A DNA stretch of 64,000 nucleotides, taken from positions 8,113,010-8,177,009 of the forward strand of contig NC_057754.1 in the NCBI RefSeq assembly GCF_004010195.1, read 5' to 3'. The notes under the pieces were generated by a model, which saw only the letters and a list, made by a program, of their open reading frames with translations, was not told the DNA's origin and searched no databases. The position numbers and the translations under genes were made by a program. This DNA comes from Chiloscyllium plagiosum (lineage: Eukaryota). Positions 62,930-64,000 of the stretch are shown one piece after another. Numbering within the stretch: position 1 is the first letter of the stretch; every line of letters begins with the position of its first letter.

Positions 62930-63973
62930 AGGCAGTGTCGAGGGAGCTTTACTGTCCATTCATTTCAAGTCTAAAGGAGTCAAGAGGGCTTTACTCGGTA
63001 TTTAACCTGCTGCTGTCCGTATCTTGGGAGTGTTTGATAGGGGACAGGGCAGAGGGAGCTTTACTCTGTATCTAACCCCGTGCTGTCCCTGTCCTGGGGA
63101 GTGTTTGATGGGAGACAGTGTAGAGGGAGCTTTACTCTGTATCTAAACCTGTGCTGTCTATATCCTAGGAGTGTTTGATGGGGGACAGTGTAGAGTGAGC
63201 TTTACTCTGTATCTAACCCTGTGCTGTCCCTATCCTAGGGAGTGTTTGATGGGAGACAGTGTAGAGGGAGCTTTACTCTGTATTTAACCCCGTGCTGTCC
63301 CTGTCCTGGGGAGTGTTTGATGGGGGACAGTGTAGAGGGAGCTTTACTCTGTATCTAAACCTGTGCTGTCTATATCCTAGGAGTGTTTGATGGGGGACAG
63401 TGTAGAGGGAGCTTTACTCTGTATCTAACCCTGTGCTGTCCCTGTCCTGGGAGTGTTTGATGGGAGACAGTGTATAGGGAGCTTTACTCTGTATCTAACC
63501 TTGTGCTGTCCGTATCCTGGGAGTGTTTGATGGGGTCAGTGTAGAGGGAGCTTTACCCTGTATTTAACTCTGTTGTTGCTGTCCTGGGACTGTTTGATGA
63601 TAGACAGTGTAGAGAGAGCTTTACTCTGTATCTAACCCTGTGCTGTCCGTATCCTGGAGAGTGTTTGACGGGGACAGCATGGAGGAGATTTACTCTGTAT
63701 TTAACTCTGTGTTGTCATTGTCCTGGGACTGTTTGTTGGGAGACAATGTAGAGGAAGCTTTACTCTGTATCTAACCTTGTGCTATCCGTATCCTGGGAGT
63801 GTTTGATGGGGTCAGTGTAGAGGGAGCTTTACTCTGTATTTAACTCTGTTGTTGCTGTCCTGGGACTGTTTGATGGGAGACAGTGTAGAGGAAGCTTTAC
63901 TCTTTATCTAACTCTGTGCAGTCCCTGTCCTGGGTGTGTTTGATGGGGACAGTGTAGAGGGAGCTTTACTCTG
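62930..63973. repeat. ~70-bp tandem satellite, about 14-15 units
   Basis: Unit gggacagtgtagagggagctttactctgtatctaaccctgtgctgtccctgtcctgggagtgtttgatg; period 70-71 measured at 63051/63122/63192/63263. Confidence 0.97.
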
Positions 63974-64000
63974 CGTTCAAATGAATTGCGACTGAAACTA

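Overview
Vertebrate genomic DNA, almost certainly from a cartilaginous fish (shark). This is inferred from the abundant HE1-type V-SINEs and HER1/CR1 LINE fragments. The window is repeat-dense intronic or intergenic sequence with five assembly gaps. No intact host protein-coding gene was recognised, and the ORF track is essentially TE debris and low-complexity noise. Contents: many 5'-truncated CR1-clade LINE pieces (at least three families), Rex1/Babar-like LINE remnants, tRNA-derived SINEs, Penelope-like element (PLE) remnants (RT and GIY-YIG pieces), probable solo LTRs, microsatellites, a 28-bp minisatellite, a ~70-bp satellite and 53-bp arrays grown inside SINEs. The most notable signal is a dispersed set of minimal hammerhead-ribozyme motifs (CUGANGA-stem II-GAAACGUH) at PLE ends. 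Several sit in short fold-back elements with clear target-site duplications, and several inserted at nearly the same homologous spot of CR1 LINEs. Boundaries of old repeats are approximate, and family names come from recognition rather than a database search.
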